NCBI GenBank assembly: GCA_910592345.1
Contig: CAJVPI010000005.1
Location: 62,001 to 103,558 of the forward strand
Reading direction: 5' to 3'
Origin: Paraglomus brasilianum
Taxonomy: Eukaryota
DNA length: 41,558 bases
Shown here: in pieces, positions 15,492 to 27,090 of the stretch
How positions within the stretch are numbered: the stretch's first letter is position 1
Layout: the number at the start of each line of letters is the position of its first letter
The notes under the pieces: generated by a model
What the model saw: the letters and a program-made list of their open reading frames with translations, nothing else
The model's database searches: none
Told to the model about the DNA's origin: nothing
Translations under genes and position numbers: made by a program

Positions 15492-16711
15492 ATGATTTCT
15501 TTGCTGAATTCTGATGCCGGATCCCTCGATATTAGGGCATCTCCGCTTGACCTCTTCCCGATCGAAATCTGGTCTCAAATAGTCATCCACCTGGACATCG
15601 ATACTCTTGCAACTCTCCGCAAGACAAGCATCATCTTCCGTAAAATTGCTTTGAATCCTCTCCTCAGTCTACTTGTACAGACACCTTGTCTATCACCTCT
15701 TTATCACGTCACCCGGGCGATAAATCCTGAGCTACCTCTTCGGGATGTTGTTTTGCGTATGCATAAGCACATAGATGAAGTTATAGCAAACAAAGTAGGG
15801 GACGAACCGCCGAAATGGACAGATGATGTGGTTGAATGGGAGAAGTATGATTCTGAGAAGCCTTATTGGGTGAATTCAGAAAACTTCAGAAAAGAGGTGG
15901 GGAGGCGAGGAAAGGCACGTTCAAGAGTATATGTGAAATGGGAGTGTCAGGTGGGGAACGAAAGGAAAATGTTGAGAAGGGAGGTTGCAAAGGTTTGGAC
16001 ATGTCAGAGCAAATATTTTCCATTTAGGTATGATAATTGAATTAGGAGGGGGAAAACAATTAGTCTAGAGAATGTTAAGTATTAATTAGTATAGGAATTT
16101 AGCGATTTCGTTACTAACATTTCTTCATCGATTATCAAGAACTCAGTTAACATGTTGTTAATTATTCTCAACTTTACCATCATCGCACCAGTAAAGATGA
16201 AAACAGAGAGTGGAAGAAGCGAAGAGAGGCCAATGGGAATTCATCCCGTGCACCAACAAAGTCCAAACCGAATTCAAAGGCCTCTCAAGCCAAAAACGCT
16301 CCAGAATCACAGTGGCTTTTCTCCCACCAAATCCGAAACAAATCCAAGCTTAAACGGCTTAATATCGGCAAGGGTGAAGAAGAGTTTCACCGCAAAATTC
16401 TCACTCGGTATGAAACCCCGCAAAAATATTTCGAGACGGAAGACGATGAATCGAGTGATGATACCGAGGTTAGAAGTAAGAAGGAACGGCAGTATGGCGA
16501 ATTGAATTCTACAGAGAAGATGGTGTTTGCGCTTACGAGGTTTTATGAGAGTCACGATAAAGTATTAAAGTTTTCGCCGAAATTGAGTTCGTATCAAAGA
16601 AAGGAGTTGCATAAGCAAGCTAATGTATTTGGACTGAGAAGTAAGAGTTTTGGAGAAGGCGAGGACAGGTTTTTGGTTATCTTTCGGAAAGACGTAAAAT
16701 TATGTGATTAG
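15492..16711 (+). CDS. F-box protein with C-terminal R3H domain (predicted 2 exons: 15492-16027, 16192-16711)
   Basis: F-box LDLFPIEIWSQIVIHLDIDTLATLRKTS. Donor GTATGA at 16028 and acceptor CCAG at 16191 join in phase to an open frame ending in the R3H motif FSPKLSSYQRKELHKQANVFGLRSKSFGEGEDRFLVI. Confidence 0.7.
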
Positions 16712-16765
16712 TCATTTTTGTGGCATTTGACTTTGTAAATACGACTATCAACGAGAAGTAATGAC

Positions 16766-16822
16766 GAACTATAACAACAACTACTACAACAAGAACGATG
16801 TGAACAACAACAATAATAACAA
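16766..16822. repeat. Imperfect (AAC/AAT/TAC)n microsatellite
   Basis: aactataacaacaactactacaacaagaac...aacaacaacaataataac read directly. Confidence 0.6.
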
Positions 16823-17999
16823 TTACATACTATAATCTACGTTAAATTTTAGTTGGTCGTGAATTTAAGTATCTGAATTTTTTTGGTTATTAGTATTTAT
16901 AGTAATCTGACACTTTTAATGGAGAATATTAAAATAAAAGCTCGCTGTTGCAAGTTTGTATAAGATAATGATTCTAGTAGGAATGACATTTGCCAATGAC
17001 ATTGGTCTGTTAGAAATGTGCTGTAAAGTGGACTTAGTAGCCCACTATTTTATGCCTCGTTGTTAAGGCTTGTTGGTGCCAATGATCGCATTGGTTTACA
17101 TTCAAATGTTTAAACGTGCGGCAAAAATTTTTCCTGACGCTCGTCGCAAAAAAAAAAATTGCCATGGAAAAAAAGCATATATCGCATTTTAAATTCTACT
17201 GCTCGCTCTTTTGGACTTAATCAAACATATTTCACGTGATGTATTGCAAGGCGAAGAAGCTTTCAAAAGCAACAATTTATGGATAAAGATCACATGTCAA
17301 TTTTCGCGAATCAAAGTTCAATAATAACAAGTCTAATTTACGCTATTAATGTTCGCTTTCTTTATTTAAATCATTCGCATTTTACCACTTCCTCGAAATA
17401 TCTCCTTATGCCTTTTTGATCATTCATCGATATCTCCCAAACTCTGTTGTACATCTTTTGGATAATATCGATCATATTGAATTCCATGTAATAGTAATGG
17501 CACGATTTCTTTATTTAATTAACAATTTCGCCTGCATTGAATTTTTTTTTTTTACTAAAGAGTTGTTAACTAAATCCGAGAAATAAATACTCTCTCCGAT
17601 TGGTTACAAACAGCTCATCTGTGACCATATAATATTAATTCAAGTGCTATGGCGTCGTGTGCAACCGTCAATTGTTGATGCGAAAAGTCCCCATTTTATA
17701 AGAATGCATTGGACATTATTAATATGTGCAGCACATATCAACCATAAAAGTCGATAGTCCGGCGAATTCGGTGATCATCTTGATGTCACGAGATGTTCCT
17801 TTAAAGTTACCTAATCACTTTGTTTAGTTTTTTGTTCTATTTGTAAGCCTAGAATTAAGAATACCCGATAGAAAGTCGATTGTAAATAGCGAACGAATCT
17901 TCGTGGTAGCCTCACTCATTTTTTACTTATGACCTTTTACAACCACGTCAAAATACAGATTCTTTAAAAACCAAAGTTAGAGTATATCTTAATTCTGCA

Positions 18000-19393
18000 A
18001 TGTCCGAGCTTGGAGCACAGCGACGGACACAAGCAACACAAACGATTCAAGCACCATCAGCATCTCATGCAACAGGAGAAACACTGCCCATAAGTTCTCT
18101 GGAAGAACCCGAAAGAGAGTCCGTTGAAGTTAGGATCCTCGTAGATTATTCAAGAAAAACATGGGGTGCATGGAGGAGATTTGCCGTATGGAGGAAGCCC
18201 CGGTTATCTAAAGCGTTTCCTGAAGAGCTAGTCGGATATGTAAGTTTCTATTTATTATGAGATGTTATGACCTGAATTACATGTCCCGAATAAAGTTCGA
18301 ATGGGTAAGCGTTCGAGTGGGTAAGCGTTCGAATGGGTAAACGTTCGAATGGGTAAACGTTCTAACGGTAAACGTTCTAATGAGATTTTAACATTCTGGT
18401 TTTGAACATGTGTCGTTATTCTGTTCTCATTTTGCAGATGGATCCAGATGTATATTCGGAACGAATCAACAAAATTCACGTTTGTATAGATAGGCAGCAG
18501 TTTGCTAGGTGGATGGCTTTAACAGCAGAGATTATCGATTATATTGGCGCCATCACTATTGTTGCATTTACAGTGGGAGATGTAGAAGAAGCAGTGCCAT
18601 ACACGAGAATAATGATAATATTAATGCTAGCATTTCATGTGGTGACGATGAATGTTGTTCGTTTACAAAGGATTAAGGTGTGTTTGGTGATCGAGTGAAT
18701 TACGAGACTATATTCGGGCTCATCCTTATTTACCCCATTTCATTCTCATGTTGCGATAAATATAGGCTCAAGCCAAGTATGATGAGATGGCTAAAGAATG
18801 GTCGTCATCAACTGTGAAGTATGAATTTGAACCAAGGGGATTGTGGTTGGGTCACAGGATGGTAATTACATAAATGAGACGATTATATCTGTTAGTCATT
18901 TCCGTTTGGTAGAAAGACGTTAACATGGCTCTTTAATATATTTCAGTTGTTAACAATCGTGGTAACGCATCGGTCACAAGCTTTTGATCCTGACCCCGAG
19001 ACGCTTCCGCCTCCCCCACCTGTTTACACTCAAGAGGAGGTTCCTCCTCCGGTTTACTCGTTACACGTAGGACTTCCGGATACTGTTTCTCTGCCTCCTC
19101 CAAAAAGATTCTCCGTTCCTGTAATAACCATTCACTCCGAGGCAGACACTAATACAGAGCACGAAACACCATTACTAGCCGATTCCTCAAGTGTATATGA
19201 ACTGTTCGGTGGGAGAAACCGGACGGTAACTTCAACTGACGCTGATTCCTCGAGTGTGCATGAGATGATTGGCGTGAGAATAGATCCAATTGAGGATCAG
19301 CAGGACGAAACAATCAACTCACCAGACATTGTTGCTTACGATAGCTCATTAACTCCCTTAATTCCTTCTCATACGAGAAATGACAATGGATAA
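18000..19393 (+). CDS. Membrane protein with Erf4/golgin-A7-like domain, two hydrophobic segments and PPxY motifs, 4 exons
   Basis: Spliced FPEELVGY|MDPDVYSERINKI and FEPRGL resemble the Erf4/GCP16 pattern. Two hydrophobic segments and PPPPVY and PPPVY motifs are present. The family call is from recall. Confidence 0.6.
18295..18382. repeat. Tandem 16-bp minisatellite (GTTCGAATGGGTAARC) x~5.5 inside intron 1
   Basis: Units start at 18295, 18311, 18327, 18343, 18359 (15 bp) and 18374 (partial). Confidence 0.9.
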
Positions 19394-19581
19394 CATAGAT
19401 GAAACTTATTTAAATATTTATGTCTGTTGTGCATGCATTATTGTAGTGAAAGCCGATGTGTATGCAACAAACATTCTACTACGTTCCTTTATACATCTTG
19501 TATTTATAAAATAATACACACTGATATAATTCTTTGAAGAAAAAGTAAAATTGTTCTTTAATGAAACAAGACAAAATTTAA

Positions 19582-21523
19582 TCAGAGTTCTTCATGTTTT
19601 CGTTCCTTGTTTTTATCAGTTTCTTTATCACTTTCATCATCACTACTGTCATTCACATTCTTGTTCGGTTCTTGTGCAAACGACACTTCAAATCCAATCT
19701 TGTAGCTATTTCCTTTTCCATTTAAAACATCTTTTAAAAACTTTTCTATTCCCTCACCATCAAATGGTCCTAAATATGGACTATATATCTTTTTGTGAGG
19801 ACTGTAAGCCATTAAAACGGGGAAAACATCCGCTAACTTGAAATCCTTGATAAGTTTTCTCGATTCATCTGCTAGTGCATTGAACCACATGAATCTTAAT
19901 GGCACTTGATTCTTTAACAAATTGTAAAGGTTCTCGTTTACTTTGGATAGGATCTCTTTTGCGTTTGAGAATTCTGCAACTGACTCTGGATATTCTGGCT
20001 CGAGCGGAAGGAATGTAAAGATACAGAGACCAGCAGTATGAGACAGACAGTGCTTTTTCAAATCCTCCTCTGTCTTTATTTCATTAATGATTGAATTAAC
20101 TAAAGGGATAATAGACAAACCGCATTAGAAATGGATTCCCAGACATACATGTTGTTATATCATGTCAATACGAGACAAACGATACGTTACATGGTTCAGG
20201 CTTTGGAGATGATGCTGTTGTTGACTTTTTCTCGGTCTTTTTAGTTTCTTCTGGCTTCTCGACAGTCGATATATATTTGTTTAGGAAATCAGACAAAGAT
20301 TTGTGATTGTATTTGCCTACAAACATAATTCGAATACGATCTCGATAAGAAACACCGAGATTTAGCGTCAAAAGAATTTTTATATAGACGTCTATTACCA
20401 ACCTTCATATTTGATAGGTTCGGTTTCACCTTTTGGAATAATTAACAGTGTTGGAAATGTGGTTACGTTGAATCTTGAGACTATCTCGGTTTCCTTCTGT
20501 CTGACCTCGCCAAACAATCCACCGCGATAATCGGCTGACAAAACTTTGTACAAAGGTGTTGTACGATCCTTGTTGGTGAACAATATAACTTTCGAAACGG
20601 CCGAGTTCTGTAGGCAAAAAATAAAAAAAAAATAAAATTTTTTTCGAAATGAATATACTAAGGTCTTTGTTATGTAATTACTAGCATATAATGTTTGCAC
20701 CTACATTCTTTTCCAAGAATTCATTGATAGTAAGCGACTTTTTTGTCGGATATTTGTTTGATATCGGTTGAACATATGATGGTAATTCAGCCAGCACATA
20801 GTCCACGAATGCTTTAGCAGTCCTCTGGCCAGAATACACTGCAAACGTTGTGAGCTAAACAGCCTAACCTACTTTTTATAAAAATGATATCTAGACTTAC
20901 ATTTTGGTTTTTTAGTGTACGTGGCAGGGTTCCGTCTGTCAGGTACACGCCGGCTTGGAAAGAGCTTTATAGTAGGAAATCCTGATAGGGCATCTTATTA
21001 TTAGTAACACGGATTCTAACAGAATCTATATTACTTTTTCTGATGCTCCATCCCTAACCTTGAATCTCAAACTCTTGGCATAAACCACGATTGGTATCTT
21101 CATTGCAATCAACGGAAGCAACTTTTACAAGACCTTTCAAGGTAGCTGCTGCGTTCTTATACTCTTGAGTGATACTGTTCTTTCAAGAAAAAAAAAACAC
21201 ATGATTATTCAATTGTTAATCATATAATAATAATACGTCTCACTTGCTTTGAAAATACCTTTGACAATGTGGACACCACGGAGCAAAAAACTCTACCAAG
21301 ACCAGTTTCTAGACGTTAGATTGATTATACAGAGGTTAATTGGGCGACGTTGATTATGTGAAAGAACGACCTGCTTATGTAAATATCGTACCTCAGTCAT
21401 TATAACCTCGTCTTTAAAATTATTTTTATTCAAGATGATAACGGGGCCATCTTTATCATAAAGAGCATACGTCTGTTGTAAAATGGCAACAATAAGCACG
21501 AACAAGGCTAATTTGCCTCTCAT
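19582..21523 (-). CDS. Protein disulfide isomerase family (Mpd1/PDIA6-like), ER lumen, multi-exon
   Basis: Signal peptide MRGKLALFVLIVAILQQTYA, thioredoxin site VEFFAPWCPHC, VASVDC, GFPTIKLF, further thioredoxin-like folds, an acidic tail and C-terminal KHEEL. Confidence 0.92.
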
Positions 21524-22830
21524 AGCGGCAGTCTGTTCGAGAGAGTAATACTTTCAATGCGGATATTGCAAGCAAGGAAATCTACAATGTGTTGCTCGTT
21601 CATTGGTTATACCGTAATGTTGTGCAAACTTAAATTCCCACGATTAGCCGAACAAACAATTTAAATTTGTTATTAGTATTAGTGAACGGGGCCATACTAT
21701 CGTTTACTGAATAGTTTCGAACGATTTTATATTAATATATTATTTAGTGCACGTGCTATTTTTTCCTATTCCTAACACAAATATCTACTCTACCCGTGCT
21801 ATGATATATAACGACACAAGAGAATTAATAGTATGAGCTCTCCCCCAGTTCGCGAACACACTCACATTTAGTATATGTTTTCATAATTTGTAAGGTTGAT
21901 AATAGCCATCAGTTGATCATCGTGAAGGCGCGCGTCTAATAAAGAACGCGAGCGCCTATTAGCCGTAAAATACTCCTCTAACATCAATAATTATGACCAA
22001 GTTAATATTGGAACCAGCAGGTTAGCGAAATGCATACCAAGTACTTATGTACTTGATAGTACTATCTTAGTCAATTGCGCGCGTTAAAGCAATCACCAGA
22101 ACAATACAAATAAGTGATATTTACGTCATTGCTTGTGGCTTTGATAACGCGTTGAAATACTAATAATTGGTCGTCGAAAATGTGATAAAAACTTGCCCAA
22201 AATTGAATTATCAAAGAACCTTCCTTCCAGAGGACGTTCACCTATTACAGACAAGACAAGATCGCGAATGATCGTATCAGCATTTAGATTGTGTTGATAT
22301 TCCAACAACAATCATGAGGTGTGCATGTCCCGTGTAAATATGACTTGTTTATTTAATATCAATATCGAGGATAACGGTTTACTTTGATTTATCGCATTCT
22401 TCAAGAAACTGTAAACAATGCATATTTAAATATGACCTGATGAGAAATGCAGTGCCTAAGTATGCATTGATGGTTGTTAAGTAGGCAACAATAACTCGAG
22501 CAAATTATTTTAGGACAGATTATATTATCCAATTGACGTACGTAGTGGGAAAGAGGGTTCTAATGAGACATTTCCTTGAATAGTCGCTGTAAAGAACGAG
22601 TAGACGAGGAAATGTAATCCGTATGAAAAATGTTGTATTTCAAAATTGCGCGGAGGCTTTATCCAAGAGGCGCATATACTGTGAGTATTTGTAATGCATG
22701 TCAATGGGATGTTTTAGCAAGACTTTTATTCAGACCAAACGAAAAAAATAAATTGATCCCCATCCCCGTGATCAATAAAAATTGTTTTGGGGTAGTGTGG
22801 CTTACTGCCTGCCAGTTTCTCACTGCAACT

Positions 22831-23277
22831 ATGAGTGACCTCACAAAGCCTCCAAGCGAGGAGATCTTAAATGAGAAAGTGAGTAGCTGTGAAGTCTGTT
22901 ATATAACCATAACGGAATCGATATTGTTGTAATAACTAAGGTGTTGACTGTATTGGCAGTGGGATCTGTGTATATCGAATTTTCTCGTTAAAAGTGGAAT
23001 TGGACTAAGTGTTGGCATTGTTGCGTCTGCTCTATTATTTAAGCGTAAGCGTCCTATATCATGTTCATAAACGTGCATTAAGGGGAGTCAATTGTGATAA
23101 TAATTCTTACGGCTCTTTATTCGTATTTGTGCGGATTCTGTTGTTATTATAGGTCGCACATGGCCGATGGCATTAACCACTGGGTTTGGCATAGGGGTCG
23201 CATATGCTGACTGTCAGCGCACCTTTAACCCTATCGATTTACCCGGTATAAGACTTGTCAAAAATTCAAAGAAGTAG
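22831..23277 (+). CDS. MIC10: MICOS complex subunit Mic10, 3 exons
   Basis: MSDLTKPPSEEILNEK|WDLCISNFLVKSGIGLSVGIVASALLFKR|RTWPMALTTGFGIGVAYADCQRTF. This has the GxGxGxG-like TM motifs and a basic loop. Confidence 0.93.
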
Positions 23278-23470
23278 ACGAGGGGACTATATACGGATGA
23301 TGCATTGGATACAATTTCCTGGATCGCTGATTAGTCGATAAATAACTGCTTTAAGTGAGTCAATGGTTTATTGCTCAAACAAATTGAGTAGTCGTTTCGT
23401 TCGACACATATCGGGAAATGATAGCTGACGGTTCTTAATCTAAATAAGACGATCAAATAAATGACAAAGC

Positions 23471-24978
23471 TTATAGACAGCCGCCCAAAGCTAGTAGAAA
23501 ACAATGATAATTTTGCGAAAGTTAATTCGGGGTGCAAGAAAGGATTATCAGTGTTGTGTTGATACGAATAACATCAGAAAGAACAAGAACCGATAATAGT
23601 CTACTAACCTGGAAATCCACAGGCGGATGCGATGATAAAATAGAAGATCAACTGTGGATAACATTGCAATGGACGTAAGTAATCAATATTCAACAGAGCC
23701 CAATATAAATGTAATTTAATTACTTACAATAATAACGAAGATCAGAATAATCATCAGTTTCATATTCTTCCACCACATCGATCGCTACAAATGCAACAAA
23801 TGGTGACAATTAGTTGACATTATAGATACAACGCTATACCTTTCATGCGCAACTCTTTGCAGTCGCTACCCCGAAATTTGATACCAACCTTCAGTGCAGT
23901 ACTTCGTTTTTTGAAGGCAAATGCCTGTTGATTGAGACTGTCTGTCTTATCAACAAGTAATTCAATCCGTTCTCCTCGCTCCAACACACGTTCTATTTTT
24001 CATTTTTATAATTAGTTTTTCAGCTCCATAATACTGTGTCACAAGCTGAATATATCATCTCGTGAATAAGTGAACCGCTAAGCAGTCGTATGGACACTGC
24101 CATAAGCCAACGGCCACTTTTATCCCACTCAGTTTGTATTTAAATAGCAATGACACTCCTCAGTGGGACGGGTGCTTATTAATGGGAATATAGTACACTG
24201 GATAGTGATGTCTTACCAATATTATGAACCATAACATCTTTTACTTGTTCAATCTCACCATGGACTTGTCTAATTCTATCAGCATTAGGGTTGCTCGAAT
24301 AGTATTCCTACAAAATGAAGACAAAAAATGCAGTTCAACGAAAGAGATGATTAAGAAGTCGAGGTTCATAGCTGTCGCATACCATTCGTTCAGCAATGAT
24401 TTTGGAGAACTCGTTCATGCCATAAGCCAATGCGGTATCTATTCTGTCTTTGGAATAGACCTTGAAACGTTGCTTAATGTCTTCCAGGAAAGCAAATGGA
24501 ATTCGACGTTGAAAAGAATCATCGGCCATGCACATATATGTCACTCCATCTTCACAGATATAATGAAAAAGGTATCTACAATGGATATTGAAGCAAGTTT
24601 TATCGGTTTATAAGCATGCGAATAGACTTATGGCATAGAATATTTTAAAGTTGCGGTATATTATAGGCTAAAATCGCCTTTATTAAGCCTTGAATTTACT
24701 TGCCTGTCGTATACATATGTCAATTTGGAGTTATTTGGAGGGATTTTGTCGAGTATAGCCTGCGTAACTGCAGTGAATACGAAGGTGAAGCCAATTTATA
24801 CAATTAATACCCAAAGCTTCACACAATCTCTCTATGCTCCATGCCTCCAAATTCCGTGCTCTCCGCTCCCCTCCTATCTTATGTTCCATGACATGCCTTG
24901 GGTGAAATTCCCGGTAGTGTTCGTGTATTCAGAGAGAATAACAGGCCCGCGGGCTACTAATCCGTAGATGATAGACAT
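23471..24978 (-). CDS. VAMP7: Longin R-SNARE VAMP7 (synaptobrevin-like), multi-exon
   Basis: MSIIYGLVARG...GNFTQVTQAILDKIP...YLFHYICEDGVTYMCMADDSFQRRIPFAFLEDIK (longin), VKDVMVHNIERVLERGERIELLVDKTD (R-SNARE), MWWKNMKL, a TM segment and ACGFPALGGCL*. Confidence 0.93.
24019..24180 (-). ncRNA. Candidate structured intronic RNA (possibly H/ACA-like) in VAMP7 intron 4
   Basis: Three hairpins with G-U pairs favouring the host sense strand, and two ANANNA boxes. No clean ACA tail. Confidence 0.35.
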
Positions 24979-25739
24979 TATTCTTCGATATTAAATTGTG
25001 AGAAAAATAAAAAGTGAAGAAAAAGAGTGGCGTATGTTTTCCCCAACTGGCAGAATGGGGTGTATATATATGTACTGGAAACTACACACCACACCGGACT
25101 CGTGATGATGCCGAATATTGTATATAATTGAGATGGAAACACGGTGTGCAACTCGGTCCGTTCTGAGTATAGTAAGTCGGAATTACTTTTGAGGTGTCGA
25201 TTATTCATAACAACATGAACAGGCTATTGTGTGGCTGGTATATTTACACCAACGAGTATGTCATCTAGCATGTCACATGCAGATCATACAAAATTATCTT
25301 ATCTGGAATCAAAAAAAATCGTGCACCACAACCAGTGATTCAAAAATCATGAAAAATAGCTTATTTGAAAGCCGAGATTTTATTAATGAGTATCCGTTTG
25401 ATGATTGTAATTTAGTACAGCCAACCACATAATTGATTCTATTCAATTTATGCTAGAATGTACATTGGTTTCGAGTCTACACTTGGGCAAAAAATCGATG
25501 ATATTTGCCAATAAAAATTCTGTGTAAACTAATCTCAAGTGCATTCCCCTTTTGCAAAAATCATCCTGTACTAAATTCAGTACAATAGATTTATTATTAT
25601 GGGAATATCACTGCAACCCATATAGATAATTAAAAAAAGACAAAGTTTCTTGAGATTTACTCTTTATTTTCAGGTATTCATATCATCAAAAAGATGCCTG
25701 CTAAATAAAGCAGTTAATACACACACCTTTTGAATTATT

Positions 25740-26100
25740 ACAATATCTACAATGTGCCATGGGTAAATCGCTTTACCTCCTGTTGTTCATTTTTTTGGAA
25801 TAGTACACAACTCATGTTGTGATTCTAATTCTGCTTCTGTCTTGATCTTGTCATTGGTTGTGAGCTTTGTTTATTAAGGTAGTTTTCACTAATCATCTCA
25901 TGCACTAACTGCTATCTAAAATCAAAGTGTGTTATATTATGTGCTCCTTCATGCCATTTTTGAACAAGAGAAAAGCATTGGATTCAGCAATCCCCAACAG
26001 AAAAGCAAATACATGCATCTTAATCTGCCAATTTGCTCCTTGCATAATATCATGAAAGGATGTCATATTATCTCACACCTATTAATTACACATGTTGATC
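25740..26100 (-). mobile_element. Decayed piggyBac-like transposase C-terminal fragment
   Basis: RDNMTSFHDIM...W...VFAFLLGIAESNAFLLF...HFDFR*QLVHEMI, with stops and frameshifts. Confidence 0.6.
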
Positions 26101-26249
26101 TTAATCAATGGTTACAGCTTGCTCTTGCCAATTCACTGTAGTGATAAGGTCAATCTCATGAATGTTATTATTTTGCTCTTCCTCCACACTATTATCAGAT
26201 GCATCTGTTGTTGGCAGTTCTGTCATAGTTGTGATATTCCAGTATTTCT

Positions 26250-26940
26250 AGAACATTTTCTTGCTGGTAGTCTGGCTAGTATGCTTGGGATCATTGTCTT
26301 GCTGGAAGCCAATCATTCCCAAGCATGATATTAATCTCTGGAATGTGCCTGCTGATAATATTAACATAAAACTCAGCATTCATTATTTGCTGAAAACAAA
26401 ACAAACTTGTTTTTCCTTGACAGAGAAACCACCCCATACCATAATCTTTGTTTGGTCTTTTGGCATGGGGCAAGCTTGCTGAGCACCTTTATGCCAGCAC
26501 TCTACTGTGTTCCAGAAGAGCTGAAAAACTGTCTCATCCGAAAATAAGGTCTGATTCCAGTCATCATTAAGGTGAGCCTTTGCCCATTCCACCCATCTTT
26601 CTTTGTGCTTGGTAGTTAGCATAGGTGTGGCTTTGAGTAAACTTTTTGATTATAATTATGATCAAGAAAATTTGTTCTTCTTCGGCAGCCCATCGAAAAT
26701 TATATTGCGAGTCATCAGTTTGTGGAATGATGTTAGCATGAGGAGAATGATGACCAGCCAAGGGTAGCCATATGGTGAGCAACAGTAACATGGGATACTT
26801 TTGTGGCAAGCACTTGTGTAGAAAGTGAAGTATCCCTGCACACATACTGTCCAAGTGCCCGAGATGCATGTGCAGTAATTTTTGGGCGGCCCAGCACCTT
26901 TTGCATGCCAGTTATCATAAACAGTACTGCGTAATGCTGG
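26250..26940 (-). mobile_element. Decayed Tc1/mariner (DDE_3) transposase
   Basis: STVYDN...GRPKIT...VSHVTVAHHM (HTH), PMLTTKHKERWVEWA, LFSDET, IMVWGGFS and DPKHTS. Frameshifted and interrupted by a ~95 bp insert. Confidence 0.88.
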
Positions 26941-26944
26941 TTTG

Positions 26945-27090
26945 TGTATTAATAATACCACTCCAAGACTAAATATATCTGACTTTTTATCACGCTTAGT
27001 ATAGCTACTATATATGCATCTGGGGTCAAGATATGCAAGACTTCCTTTGCTGTTTTTGTTGTAAGATCAAGTCAGACTAAGACAAGCCAA
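26945..27090 (-). pseudogene. Protein kinase (TKL-like) fragment, subdomains VIII-IX
   Basis: KGSLAYLDPRCIYSSYTKRDKKSDIFSLGVVLL, abutting the Tc1 remnant. Confidence 0.75.

Noticed and set aside
16152..16505. 117-aa ORF as a separate gene
   Set aside because: It is an alternative frame overlapping the open frame that leads into R3H.
18295..18382. CRISPR-like array
   Set aside because: The repeats are contiguous with no unique spacers, lie in a eukaryotic intron and have no cas genes nearby.
24089..24106. Iron-responsive element (CAGUGU loop on a 5-bp stem)
   Set aside because: The bulge position is U rather than C, the site is intronic, and IRE/IRP control is not established in fungi.
24080..24126. 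Resemblance to LSU rRNA helix 89 region (GGGAUAA..UGGCUU.UGGCAGU..CAUA.CGAC)
   Set aside because: The match is short, needs several gaps and rests on recall; it cannot be called an rRNA fragment without an alignment.
24122..24169. Hammerhead ribozyme (CUGAGGA followed by a stem)
   Set aside because: The GAAA core is missing its G, and there is no UH cleavage triplet before stem I.
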